From an uncultured Gammaproteobacteria bacterium (GTDB lineage Bacteria; Patescibacteriota; Patescibacteriia; UBA9934; GWF2-40-263): DNA of 64,000 bases. Below the pieces are notes generated by a model. It ran no database searches. It was not told the DNA's origin and saw only the letters and a program-made list of their open reading frames with translations. The translations under genes were made by a program, and so were the position numbers. The DNA lies in NCBI GenBank assembly GCA_964399675.1, contig CAYNRK010000003.1, positions 9,033-73,032 of the forward strand, in the 5' to 3' direction. Shown here in pieces: positions 51,341 through 60,416 of this stretch; the first letter of the stretch is position 1; every line of letters begins with the position of its first letter.

Positions 51341-51522
51341 GTGTCTCGCACACTGCGTCGTTGCGAGCCCCCTTTCGTGAAAAGGGGCGAAGCAATCTCC
51401 GTATAGAATTATGGGGGACAGTCACGTTGTATATAATTTCGGCAGTACTCACTTTGTTCCGTGCTGGCGAAATTATATACAACGTACCTGTTGTGGAGAT
51501 CCTGATGGTTCGTCGGAGGATT
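51341..51522 (+). repeat. Composite repeat: family A half plus family B long hairpin
   Basis: 18-bp perfect IR ACGTTGTATATAATTTCG (51424-51441) / CGAAATTATATACAACGT (51468-51485); recurs at 61760 and 63135. Confidence 0.9.
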
Positions 51523-51529
51523 AATGGTG

Positions 51530-52414
51530 TTAGATCATTTGTTTTAGCTTTGAAATTCTATCTGTAATCGGCGGATGTGTACTAAAGATTCGTTCGAATT
51601 TTTTCTTGGTTACATGTGGATCAAACGGATTGGCAAGAAACATGTGTGCTGTTGCATGGTTTGCTTTTCGAAGCGGTCGGTCGTGTTTTGCGATTTTTTC
51701 AAGAGCTGAGGCAAGGCCTTCCGGATAGCGAGTTAGAAGTGCAGCGGATGCGTCTGCCAAGTATTCGCGTGAACGTGAGACAGCGAGTTTAATAAGTTCA
51801 GCAAACAAAGGGGATAAGACGGCAAGTACCAGACCTATTAACACGAGGACTCCAGCGGATTTTGAATCACTGTCTCGTCTTCCAAAAAGCATTGATCGCA
51901 TCATCCAATCTGAGAGAAGAAGAATCACTCCAACCAGTACAACCACAATGGTCATTACGCGAATATCATAGTTTTTAATATGCGAGAGTTCATGGGCAAG
52001 TACGCCCTCAAGTTCCTGTTTGCTCATTATTTTGGCAAGTCCTGTTGTTACAGCAATAGAAGCGTGTTCAGGATCACGACCTGTTGCAAATGCATTTGGA
52101 GATGGGTCGTTTATTACATACACTTTTGGCATTGCAAGCCCGGCTGTAATAGACAGATTTTCAACAAGCCGATAAAGCTCTGGTGCGTCTTTTTTTTGAA
52201 TTTGTTTTGCCCCAGCGCTTATGAGCGCAACCTTGTCACCTTTGAAGTATCCGGTAAGTGTCATAATGACTGAGATGATCACTGCAAGTATGATTCCAAT
52301 ACTTGGATCGCCCATGTATTCACCAAATGCCCAGCCAAGCAGTACGATAACCACAGTGAAGAGAAACATCAGAATCCACGTCTTTCGTTTGTTTGCCTCA
52401 ATCTGTTCGTACAT
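51530..52414 (-). CDS. htpX: Zn metalloprotease HtpX (M48)
   Basis: PNAFATGR, HELSH, SRSREYLAD, FSTHPP. Confidence 0.95.
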   Translation of the reverse strand: MYEQIEANKRKTWILMFLFTVVIVLLGWAFGEYMGDPSIGIILAVIISVIMTLTGYFKGDKVALISAGAKQIQKKDAPELYRLVENLSITAGLAMPKVYVINDPSPNAFATGRDPEHASIAVTTGLAKIMSKQELEGVLAHELSHIKNYDIRVMTIVVVLVGVILLLSDWMMRSMLFGRRDSDSKSAGVLVLIGLVLAVLSPLFAELIKLAVSRSREYLADASAALLTRYPEGLASALEKIAKHDRPLRKANHATAHMFLANPFDPHVTKKKFERIFSTHPPITDRISKLKQMI

Positions 52415-52418
52415 GCAA

Positions 52419-52970
52419 TTAGAACTTCACTTCAGGTTTTTCTAACTCAACATCAGGTGCATCAAAGAAATCTTTTTTCTTAAAACCAAACAGTCCAGCA
52501 ATTGTGTTAGCTGGAAAGACCTGAATCTTTGTAATGAATGTCTGAACGTTTGAGTTGTAAAAACGTCTGGACGCTTGGATTTTATCTTCCGCATCTGTGA
52601 GTTCATGTTGTAGGTGGAGAAAATTTTCCGAAGCTTGTAGTTGCGGGTAATTTTCAGAAACAGCAAAAAGTGATTTTAAAGTTTCAGAAAGCATGTTTTC
52701 TTTTTCAGCATGGTCTTTCATTGATTTGGCTTGCATTGCTTCTGTACGAGCTTGTGTTACTTTTGTAAAAACAGAATCTTCATGCTTTGCATAGCCTTTA
52801 ACAGTACTGACAATATTTGGAATCAAGTCATAACGACGTTTGAGCTGAACTTCAATATCTGACCAAGCTTCATCCACACGATTACGCGCACGAATGAGCG
52901 AGTTGTATGTTAGAATGATCCAAAACGCAACCAGGATCAGAATTATCACGATAACCCAAATAAATTCCAT
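52419..52970 (-). CDS. lemA: LemA family protein
   Basis: WSDIEVQLKRRYDLIPN, ENYPQL, RRFYN; upstream of htpX. Confidence 0.95.
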   Translation of the reverse strand: MEFIWVIVIILILVAFWIILTYNSLIRARNRVDEAWSDIEVQLKRRYDLIPNIVSTVKGYAKHEDSVFTKVTQARTEAMQAKSMKDHAEKENMLSETLKSLFAVSENYPQLQASENFLHLQHELTDAEDKIQASRRFYNSNVQTFITKIQVFPANTIAGLFGFKKKDFFDAPDVELEKPEVKF

Positions 52971-53043
52971 AATTTTAATTCAAAAAATTAAGGTTTCTTA
53001 ATCAAATAATACGAGGTTTTTATCCTAAAGTCAAAGAAAAATT

Positions 53044-54414
53044 ATGAATGTTCCAAAGCATATTTTCAAGAAATACGATATTCGCGGGCTTATTGATGAA
53101 GAGGTTACTCCAGAGCTTGCTGAATCAATAGGAAAGGCGTTTGGAACTTTTTTAAAAAATGAAAATCAAGGCAAAACACTGACAGTTGCTGTTGGCAGAG
53201 ATATGCGCGACAGCTCACCTGGTTTTCAAGATAATGTAATGACAGGGTTAACTTCTGTTGGCGTAAATATTAAAGACGTCGGACTTGTTTCAACCCCGGC
53301 TTTTTATTTTTCTATCGGGCATCTTGGGGTTGATGGGGGAATGATGGTTTCAGCTTCTCATAATCCGGCAAAGTATAATGGTTTTAAACTTGCGCGCGAG
53401 AAAGCTGTTCCTGTAAGTGGTGATACAGGTATTTTAGACATAAGGGATTTAGTAATTGAAAACACATTTGAAAATGCAAAAGTGTCGGGCCAAATAGAAG
53501 TTGTTAATGGAATGCCTGAGCTTGCTACAAAAGCTGAGTTTGAACATGCCGGCTCGCCAACTATTTCAGGTTTAAAAATTGTTGCTGATACAGCAAACGG
53601 AATGGGTGCTCAGTATTTAGATGAACTTTTCAAACTTATCGATTGTAAAGTTACTAAAATGTATTGGAGTTTTGACGGTTCGTTTCCAAACCATGAGGCT
53701 GATCCGTTTAAGCCAGAGAATACTGAAGCAATCAGGGCAAAGGTTAAAGAGCTTGGAGCCGATGTTGGGATAACAACCGACGGCGATGGTGACAGGTTGT
53801 TTTTTATTGATAACACCGGAGAGGTTGTTGACCCAGCGATTCTGCGCGGTCTTCTTTCGCAGATTGTTCTTCGTTCAAATCCGGGAGCAACGATTTGTTA
53901 TGATATCCGTCCTGGAAAAATAACAAAGGACATGATTGAAGAGTCAGGAGGCAAACCTTCGATTACAAGGGTTGGGCATTCTCTTATTAAAGAACAGATG
54001 ATGAAAGAAGGCGCTGTGTTTGGCGGCGAATCTTCCGGTCACTTCTTTTATAAGTTTAATACAGGTGTTTATGAGGGGCCTGTGACTGTTGTGGCTCAGC
54101 TGTTAAACGAGATGATTCAGCAGAAAAAAACACTATCAGAAATTGTAAAGCCACTGAATCGATATTTTCATTCAGGTGAAATTAATTTTATTGTGGATGA
54201 TAAGGATGCTACGATTGCAAAAATTAAAGCAGTTTTTTCTGATGGAGAACTCAGCGAACTGGACGGAATTTCAATTGCTTATGACGATTTTTGGCTTAAT
54301 GTTCGTCCTTCTAATACAGAGCCAAAATTACGAATGAATCTTGAGGCTGTTGATGAGAAGACAATGCAAGAGCGTCGCGATCAGATTATTGAATTGATTC
54401 AAGGAAACAAGTAA
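53044..54414 (+). CDS. Phosphomannomutase/phosphoglucomutase
   Basis: IFKKYDIRG, SASHNP, DGDGDR, GESSGH, RPSNTEP. Confidence 0.93.
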   Translation: MNVPKHIFKKYDIRGLIDEEVTPELAESIGKAFGTFLKNENQGKTLTVAVGRDMRDSSPGFQDNVMTGLTSVGVNIKDVGLVSTPAFYFSIGHLGVDGGMMVSASHNPAKYNGFKLAREKAVPVSGDTGILDIRDLVIENTFENAKVSGQIEVVNGMPELATKAEFEHAGSPTISGLKIVADTANGMGAQYLDELFKLIDCKVTKMYWSFDGSFPNHEADPFKPENTEAIRAKVKELGADVGITTDGDGDRLFFIDNTGEVVDPAILRGLLSQIVLRSNPGATICYDIRPGKITKDMIEESGGKPSITRVGHSLIKEQMMKEGAVFGGESSGHFFYKFNTGVYEGPVTVVAQLLNEMIQQKKTLSEIVKPLNRYFHSGEINFIVDDKDATIAKIKAVFSDGELSELDGISIAYDDFWLNVRPSNTEPKLRMNLEAVDEKTMQERRDQIIELIQGNK

Positions 54415-54424
54415 GCTGGTGTAT

Positions 54425-55621
54425 ATGTCTATTGATACTGACCCAAAGAAAATTGAAGAATTATTAACGCGGGGGGTGGAGAATGTTTACCCGTCGAGGA
54501 AGTTTTTGGAAGATGCGTTAAAGAGTGGCAAACAGCTATCACTTTATGTTGGCATTGATCCAACCGGAGCTGATCTTCACATTGGTCACAGTATTTTTCT
54601 TAAAAAGATGAAACAGTTTCAAGATTTGGGTCACAAGATTATTATGTTGATTGGAGACTTTACTGGAATGATTGGGGATCCAACGGATAAGTCGGCGACC
54701 CGTGTGCGATTGACTCGCGAGCAGGTTCTTGAGAATTCAAAGACTTACAAAAAACAAGCAAGTAAAATTATTGATTTTAAGGGAAAAAATGCAGCGGAGA
54801 TTAAACATAACAGTGAGTGGTTATCGAAGTTGACATTGGCAGAGCTTATTGATATTGGGTCGCATTTTACGATTCAACAGATGCTTGCCCGCGACATGTT
54901 CCGTCGAAGACTCAAAGAAGATAAGGAAATAGGATGGCATGAATTCGTCTATCCAATCATGCAAGGTTACGATTGCGTTGCAATGGATGTTGATGGCGAG
55001 CTTGGTGGGAATGATCAGATGTTTAACATGCTTGCCGGTCGGACGCTTATGAAAGCAATTAAGAATAAGGAAAAGTTTGTGCTCACAACAAAGTTGCTTA
55101 TTGATCCAACTGGAAAGAAAATGGGTAAGTCAGAAGGGAACATGATTCGGTTGAATGATTCAGCTGACGAGATGTTTGGAAAAGTAATGAGCTGGCCGGA
55201 TGAGTTGATTCTTAGTGGGTTTGAACTTGTAACAGATGTTGCAATGGATGAAATTAAATCAATTGAAAAAGAAATGAAAAAAGGTGCGAACCCGCGGGAC
55301 ATAAAGGCACGACTTGCCAGGGAAGTGGTTACGGGATTTTATAATGAAAAAGATGCGCAAGCAGCTTCTGATCGGTTTGATCAACAATTTAAAGAAGGAG
55401 ATAAGCCAGAGGAGATTCCAGAATTCAAAATTAAAAAAGACATGACAATTATTGATGTACTTGTGGGGTCAGGGCTTGCCAAATCAAAGTCAGAAGCAAG
55501 AAGACTTATTGATGGAAAAGGAGTGAAAGTAGACGATAAGGTTGTTGAAGATTATGAACACAAAGTTGATTCAAATCAGGTTGTTCAAAAAGGAAAGAGG
55601 CATTTTATTAAATTGATTTAA
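54425..55621 (+). CDS. tyrS: Tyrosine--tRNA ligase
   Basis: GIDPTGADLHIGH, GGNDQ, KMGKS, C-terminal S4 domain. Confidence 0.98.
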   Translation: MSIDTDPKKIEELLTRGVENVYPSRKFLEDALKSGKQLSLYVGIDPTGADLHIGHSIFLKKMKQFQDLGHKIIMLIGDFTGMIGDPTDKSATRVRLTREQVLENSKTYKKQASKIIDFKGKNAAEIKHNSEWLSKLTLAELIDIGSHFTIQQMLARDMFRRRLKEDKEIGWHEFVYPIMQGYDCVAMDVDGELGGNDQMFNMLAGRTLMKAIKNKEKFVLTTKLLIDPTGKKMGKSEGNMIRLNDSADEMFGKVMSWPDELILSGFELVTDVAMDEIKSIEKEMKKGANPRDIKARLAREVVTGFYNEKDAQAASDRFDQQFKEGDKPEEIPEFKIKKDMTIIDVLVGSGLAKSKSEARRLIDGKGVKVDDKVVEDYEHKVDSNQVVQKGKRHFIKLI

Positions 55622-55734
55622 TACTAACAATTCGCCACTAAGTGGCGAATTGTTAGTGGAAAACGCGTCACAGAGCGCGTTTTTTTGTTTATCAAAATTG
55701 GTACAAAAACAAATTCAATCTGTGTGAATGAGGG

Positions 55735-55763
55735 TTGACAAAATCGTTGTTTTGTGGTAGTAT
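55735..55763 (+). promoter_or_regulatory. Sigma70-type promoter with extended -10
   Basis: TTGACA(55735-55740)-N17-TAGTAT(55758-55763), with TG immediately upstream. Confidence 0.75.
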
Positions 55764-55768
55764 TTCAC

Positions 55769-56002
55769 CGTTGGCTTCGGCTGACCCTTGTTGTTGGATG
55801 GCCCCAGGTTTACCCAAAACCTGGCGCATTGCGGGCAACCGTGATCCACAACTTGGTTTTTCCTATACTACCTACTTGTCCGTGCAACTTCCTGGCTCCT
55901 TGCCGCAAGCGTTCCGTGCTCTACCCACGAGCCGCAACGCAACTAAAAAGCGGCCCTACTACTCCCCCATTGACTAGTAAAGTTGATGGGGGCACTTTTT
56001 TT
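55769..56002 (+). ncRNA. Candidate structured non-coding RNA of unknown class
   Basis: Bounded by a promoter and a terminator; cUUCGg and GCAA tetraloop hairpins; G-U pairs work only on the + strand. Confidence 0.6.
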
Positions 56003-56020
56003 AAATTTCTAGAACTAAAC

Positions 56021-57604
56021 TTAACTAAACAACCAGTTTTCATCATGCAATCCAACTGCTTTGAACTGGTCAGTCATTTTTTTCTTGTCATCATCACCCT
56101 GCATGAAATCCAAATAGCATTCCTTAAACGCTCTTTGCATCACTGTCTTTGGATCAGATTGGGCTGTTGTTTGTTTCTTGGTTTTTGCATTTCTAAGTCG
56201 CTTTGCATCAAGGAAATCCATAAGAGCCAACAAGTTGTCTCTTGTAAACACATAAGGTTCTGGCCTTCCTTTTCCAATGGTTTTGTCGTGAGCCATTTTT
56301 TCTATTTGTGCATGGAATTTTGAAAGGGCAATAATCATTTCTTTAAATCTTGGAATGCGTTTAAGAAGTTTATATGTTGGGTCTGCATCATCTCCTTGAT
56401 ATTCTTGTCCGTCAATATTAACTTTTGGTTGAGTTCCAAAAGCAGCAAAGTTCATCATTGCCTCATAACTTTTTTCATCCGGTCTTTCCACAAAAAGATA
56501 ACCAGTCCAACGGCGTTTTTCAGCAGGAGTAAGAGGTTCGCGGCCAGCATATGATGATGGGTTTGATGCTCCAAAGACGCGGAAATCTGGATGCATTTCA
56601 TGATCAGCCCCTTCACCAACAGACTCTCCTTTATTTTCTGAAAGAACAAGCCATGGTTTTCGTTCAAGCGCAGAGTTCATTCGCTCACGAACAGAAGCTT
56701 CACTAAGCATGAGCTCGTCACAAAGAAGCCATGCACCTGTTTTCATTGCTCTTGGTAACATCCCATCTTGCCATCGCCACTCAGGAACCTGGATTCCTTC
56801 TTCTGAAGCAACCATTTGGGATTCTGTAAGAGACAGTTCACGTTGTTCACCTGCTGCAGTATTAATAATAGCTTGTGATTTTGCTGACAAGTTTTCAACG
56901 TGCATTAAAAGTTTTTCAAATTCTAATTGAACTTGCCCATCGTTTGGTACAAATTTTCCAATAAGCTCGGATGTATCTGTTTGTCCTGAAAAATTTAAGC
57001 GCAATAGTTCATGATTTGTGATTGCTGCTAAATATTCAATTGGGCTTGTTTTTGCAACTCCGGTTTCTCCTTCCAACAACAGAGGCTTTTTCAGATCAAC
57101 AGCTGTTGCGATTTTGTGAAGAGTTTTCAGTGTGTGTTCGTCCAAAGTAAAGTGTTCAAACTTTTTCATTGATGGAACCATTGGTCCGCCATCTGGGTTG
57201 TATGGAATTTCAGTGTCAAGAACATAAACAACACCTTCGGCTTTATTAATTTCAATTGGAAGTGGAGTTTCTCGTTTTTTTTCAACTGCCATTGGAACAC
57301 CTTCTTCTTTTAGTGGTTTGACAAATAATTTTCCTTTGCGTTCACCCGGTTTGGTATCAATGGTTACTTGTACATCATAAGGAACACCAGGGGTTGGTTC
57401 AAAATTATAATCTGGATCTGGGAGTAAAATTTTGTGCTCAGGAGTACCTGAAACAAAAAATTCAGTAGTTGCTTTTCCTCTGCGTCTTGACCTTCTTTCC
57501 CTACTTTCAAAAACAACACCTGTAAGCACATTTCCAACAGTTGCTTCTCTGCGTTCTGTGGATCCTGTGCCAGGCTCTCGGTCTGGTCTTTCTGGGTCAA
57601 CCAT
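56021..57604 (-). CDS. AAA+ ATPase, MoxR/dynein-related (midasin-like) subfamily
   Basis: LLLEGETGVAKTS, RLNFSGQTDTSELIG, WQDGML..AM..G.WLLCDE, FRVFGASNP. Confidence 0.85.
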   Translation of the reverse strand: MVDPERPDREPGTGSTERREATVGNVLTGVVFESRERRSRRRGKATTEFFVSGTPEHKILLPDPDYNFEPTPGVPYDVQVTIDTKPGERKGKLFVKPLKEEGVPMAVEKKRETPLPIEINKAEGVVYVLDTEIPYNPDGGPMVPSMKKFEHFTLDEHTLKTLHKIATAVDLKKPLLLEGETGVAKTSPIEYLAAITNHELLRLNFSGQTDTSELIGKFVPNDGQVQLEFEKLLMHVENLSAKSQAIINTAAGEQRELSLTESQMVASEEGIQVPEWRWQDGMLPRAMKTGAWLLCDELMLSEASVRERMNSALERKPWLVLSENKGESVGEGADHEMHPDFRVFGASNPSSYAGREPLTPAEKRRWTGYLFVERPDEKSYEAMMNFAAFGTQPKVNIDGQEYQGDDADPTYKLLKRIPRFKEMIIALSKFHAQIEKMAHDKTIGKGRPEPYVFTRDNLLALMDFLDAKRLRNAKTKKQTTAQSDPKTVMQRAFKECYLDFMQGDDDKKKMTDQFKAVGLHDENWLFS

Positions 57605-57607
57605 ATA

Positions 57608-58051
57608 TTATTCAAGTCTTAAAATTGATGAAATAAGGGGTTGTAGCTGAATATCAGTTGGTTCAACATTAACAAGTAAAATAAGAAGCAGCGCTCCTTT
57701 TGGAAGAGGGTTTATTATAGTTGGCTCTTCATGTCCTGCAAGATGTACGTTCAAATGTCCTTCTTTAATGTTATGTAATTGACTGAGAATTTTTCCAGGC
57801 AATTGGCTTGTGATTACAAGTGCAGTAGCTTGGGCTTTCTCAAGCCTGCGAGCAAGAACTTCAAGCAGTTCATCAGGATGTTGGTCATCTTTGATTTCAA
57901 GCAAACTTGCACCAGTAGTAATTAGCAAGGCTTTTACAGCTTCTTTGTGTTCGTTTGGTGTGATAATTGTTCCAAACGCAAATCCTTCACCACGTTTCAT
58001 GGTAAGGCCATCTAAATAGTCTTTTAGATATTCTTTTTGTTCTTCATTCAT
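57608..58051 (-). CDS. Hypothetical protein
   Basis: 147-aa ORF packed between the VWA and AAA genes (6 and 3 nt gaps). Confidence 0.65.
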   Translation of the reverse strand: MNEEQKEYLKDYLDGLTMKRGEGFAFGTIITPNEHKEAVKALLITTGASLLEIKDDQHPDELLEVLARRLEKAQATALVITSQLPGKILSQLHNIKEGHLNVHLAGHEEPTIINPLPKGALLLILLVNVEPTDIQLQPLISSILRLE

Positions 58052-58057
58052 AGTTTT

Positions 58058-60340
58058 TTACCAATCGCTTTCATCATACCATGGGTCATCATCTTCGTCT
58101 CTTTCCTTTCTTTCGCTTCTTTTTCTTTCGAGTTCTGGTTTATTGGCTTCAAGCATAGCTTGAAATGATTCTGGTGAGATGATCATGCCTTGCACAATTT
58201 TACCCAATTGTTCTGCCAGGTCTTTTACTGAAAGGTTTGGAAATGCAACAGGATAATAATCTTCTACATGCTCTGTTCCTGAGCCAAGTCCAAGTCCGGC
58301 GAGTTTCTGATTGGTTTCAGTAGTTATGGTTTCAACTGCATCATCTAAATCTTCTGCTGTACTATGTCTTCCCGCAGGTTGTCCGTCTGAAAGAACTGTA
58401 AGGAATTTATGCTTTGCAACTTGTTTTTTCAAACGCTTTGACGCTTCAAGAAGACAAGGGCCATCATCATTATATCCTGATTGATTGTGCCCACCAGGAT
58501 TTTCACTATTGACTTCTTTTAACATTCCTGCCATTCTGTTTCTTATTTCATCTGTTAGTTCTTCATCAAAATTTTTAAAAGGTATGATTTCATCTTGGAA
58601 ACCAAGGATTTCACATTTGATACCAAGTCGACTTAATACTTCTGCAAGTATAATTACCCCCTTGAATGTTTCTCCAATTGTTCCTGGGTCATCATCATAA
58701 CCGGCCATTGACCCAGACAGATCAACTAAAATTGTAAAGGCAAAATCATTAACTTTTGGGATGTCTTTTGATTCCCAAAATTTTGCCGGCAAATCTTTGG
58801 CCCCGGCTGCTCTTGCTGCAATAAAATTGAAAAGCGCGCGAATGTTTGGTTTTGTACCAGAGCTTTTAAGTGTTGTCTTTTTCTTACGCTGCGGGTAAAA
58901 AACTTGATATAGTTCGCGGTGTAGTTGATCTTCAAATTCTCTGACTTGCTCGTAATTCTCATCGTAAACGCTTTTTTGATCAAGAGCCGCTTGTTCTTCT
59001 TCAATCAGTTCGCGCAATGCTTCTGCGTCTGCTTCATCTTGTGCGCGCTGTTTTGCCTCTGCTTTTGCGCTTGCTTGTTTGGCATCCTTGTCTGCAACTG
59101 CAGCATGAGTTGGAAGAGGACTATCTTCCATTGCTCCTTCAAACAATTTTGTAATAATGTCTTCAATTTTTTCAAGCGCCTTTTTAATAAGTTTTTCAAT
59201 CTTTTCTCTTTGTTCTTTTTCCAGCTCATCAAATATTTCTAATAGCTTTTCTTCAAGCTCTTCTGAAAAAGTATCAGCAGGTACAGGAAGTTTGTTGTAG
59301 CCACCAACAATATCTGCAAAAGTATCAATTTGATCAAGCATTACACTTGAGGTATTTGGTTTGTCATCTATAAGACTAAGTTCTTCGTTGGTTTTTTGTG
59401 CATGGCCTTCTGCCTTTTTTCGAATAACAGGATACAGTTTGTGCAAAAGTTCATAGAAAAGTTCCAGTGGCAACTCAGTAAGCCGATCTCTTTCCTCTCC
59501 TGTACGATCTTCAACAGGTGTTCTATCAATTGTTCTGGATTGTTCAATAAGAAAAAGACTTACTTGTCTGAGTCTTTCGGTTTTCATGTCTTGTTCTGCA
59601 AGTTCTTTAACATGCGGAAAAATTTCTTTGTAAGTAGCTTTGTAACGTTCTTTTGCCAGCGCGATCTTTTTTTCATCATCGTCCTTTGTGTTTGGAATCT
59701 CACGTTCTATTCTTTCAACAGTAGTTCGAATTGCTTCATAATGTTCAAGTGCAATAGAACTTTTTGCATTCCGTTGTTCTTCAATGTAATGCGGATCATG
59801 AACAATTATTCCGTCTAATTGAGCAAAGTGCGGCACATAACCAAGAAGATCTAGCGCGCTTCCTTCTAGTTCGCCTTCTCTTGCAAGCGTTCGTCGCATT
59901 TGATCAACCCAAAGCCCTGCTCCAGCAAACCTATCTCTTACAACCTGATCTGTTGGACGTTCTTCAACAGCTCGTAAAAGAGAAACTAATCCAAGTTCTT
60001 TGGCTGCTTCTTCAGGGAAAAAAGAAAAGTCTGTAATAAGAGCATGACCGGCTTCGTGTGCAATGCTTCCCAAAAGCACTCCTTCTTCTTCGGTTCCAGC
60101 ACGTTCCAGAACCTCTTCTGGGTCAAAGAAAATTTCACGTGTTGAAGTATCGATGTACCATAATTTATCTCCGCCCTTTCCTTGTTTAACAACAACACCT
60201 TTTTCACCGGAAATAGTTTGCGCAAGTGCCTGGAGCCGACCTTGCCAACTTCGAAGAGTTGCTTTTTCTTCATCAGTAAATACACGCGGCTCAGAAGCCT
60301 CGCCAATTCTGTCTCTTGTTTCAGTGCTTGTTGGTGTCAT
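58058..60340 (-). CDS. VWA (MIDAS) domain protein with N-terminal HExxH motif (CobT/NorD-like architecture)
   Basis: IAHEAGH; ILVDLSGSM; VLSDGQP. Confidence 0.85.
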   Translation of the reverse strand: MTPTSTETRDRIGEASEPRVFTDEEKATLRSWQGRLQALAQTISGEKGVVVKQGKGGDKLWYIDTSTREIFFDPEEVLERAGTEEEGVLLGSIAHEAGHALITDFSFFPEEAAKELGLVSLLRAVEERPTDQVVRDRFAGAGLWVDQMRRTLAREGELEGSALDLLGYVPHFAQLDGIIVHDPHYIEEQRNAKSSIALEHYEAIRTTVERIEREIPNTKDDDEKKIALAKERYKATYKEIFPHVKELAEQDMKTERLRQVSLFLIEQSRTIDRTPVEDRTGEERDRLTELPLELFYELLHKLYPVIRKKAEGHAQKTNEELSLIDDKPNTSSVMLDQIDTFADIVGGYNKLPVPADTFSEELEEKLLEIFDELEKEQREKIEKLIKKALEKIEDIITKLFEGAMEDSPLPTHAAVADKDAKQASAKAEAKQRAQDEADAEALRELIEEEQAALDQKSVYDENYEQVREFEDQLHRELYQVFYPQRKKKTTLKSSGTKPNIRALFNFIAARAAGAKDLPAKFWESKDIPKVNDFAFTILVDLSGSMAGYDDDPGTIGETFKGVIILAEVLSRLGIKCEILGFQDEIIPFKNFDEELTDEIRNRMAGMLKEVNSENPGGHNQSGYNDDGPCLLEASKRLKKQVAKHKFLTVLSDGQPAGRHSTAEDLDDAVETITTETNQKLAGLGLGSGTEHVEDYYPVAFPNLSVKDLAEQLGKIVQGMIISPESFQAMLEANKPELERKRSERKERDEDDDPWYDESDW

Positions 60341-60416
60341 AAGTCAACTTCCATTTTACTTGTAAAAGACCTTCGAGTAAATTTCTTGCCCAAAAGAGAG
60401 AAAACCGTTATCATTT

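Noticed and set aside
55769-56002. tmRNA, RNase P, SRP RNA or DGR template repeat
   Set aside because: No tRNA-like ends, no GAGGAAAGTCC, no SRP helix-8 motif, and no similarity to the candidate variable region at 3460-3579
55754-56323. 189-aa plus-strand ORF
   Set aside because: Starts inside the promoter, crosses a terminator and overlaps the AAA gene antisense
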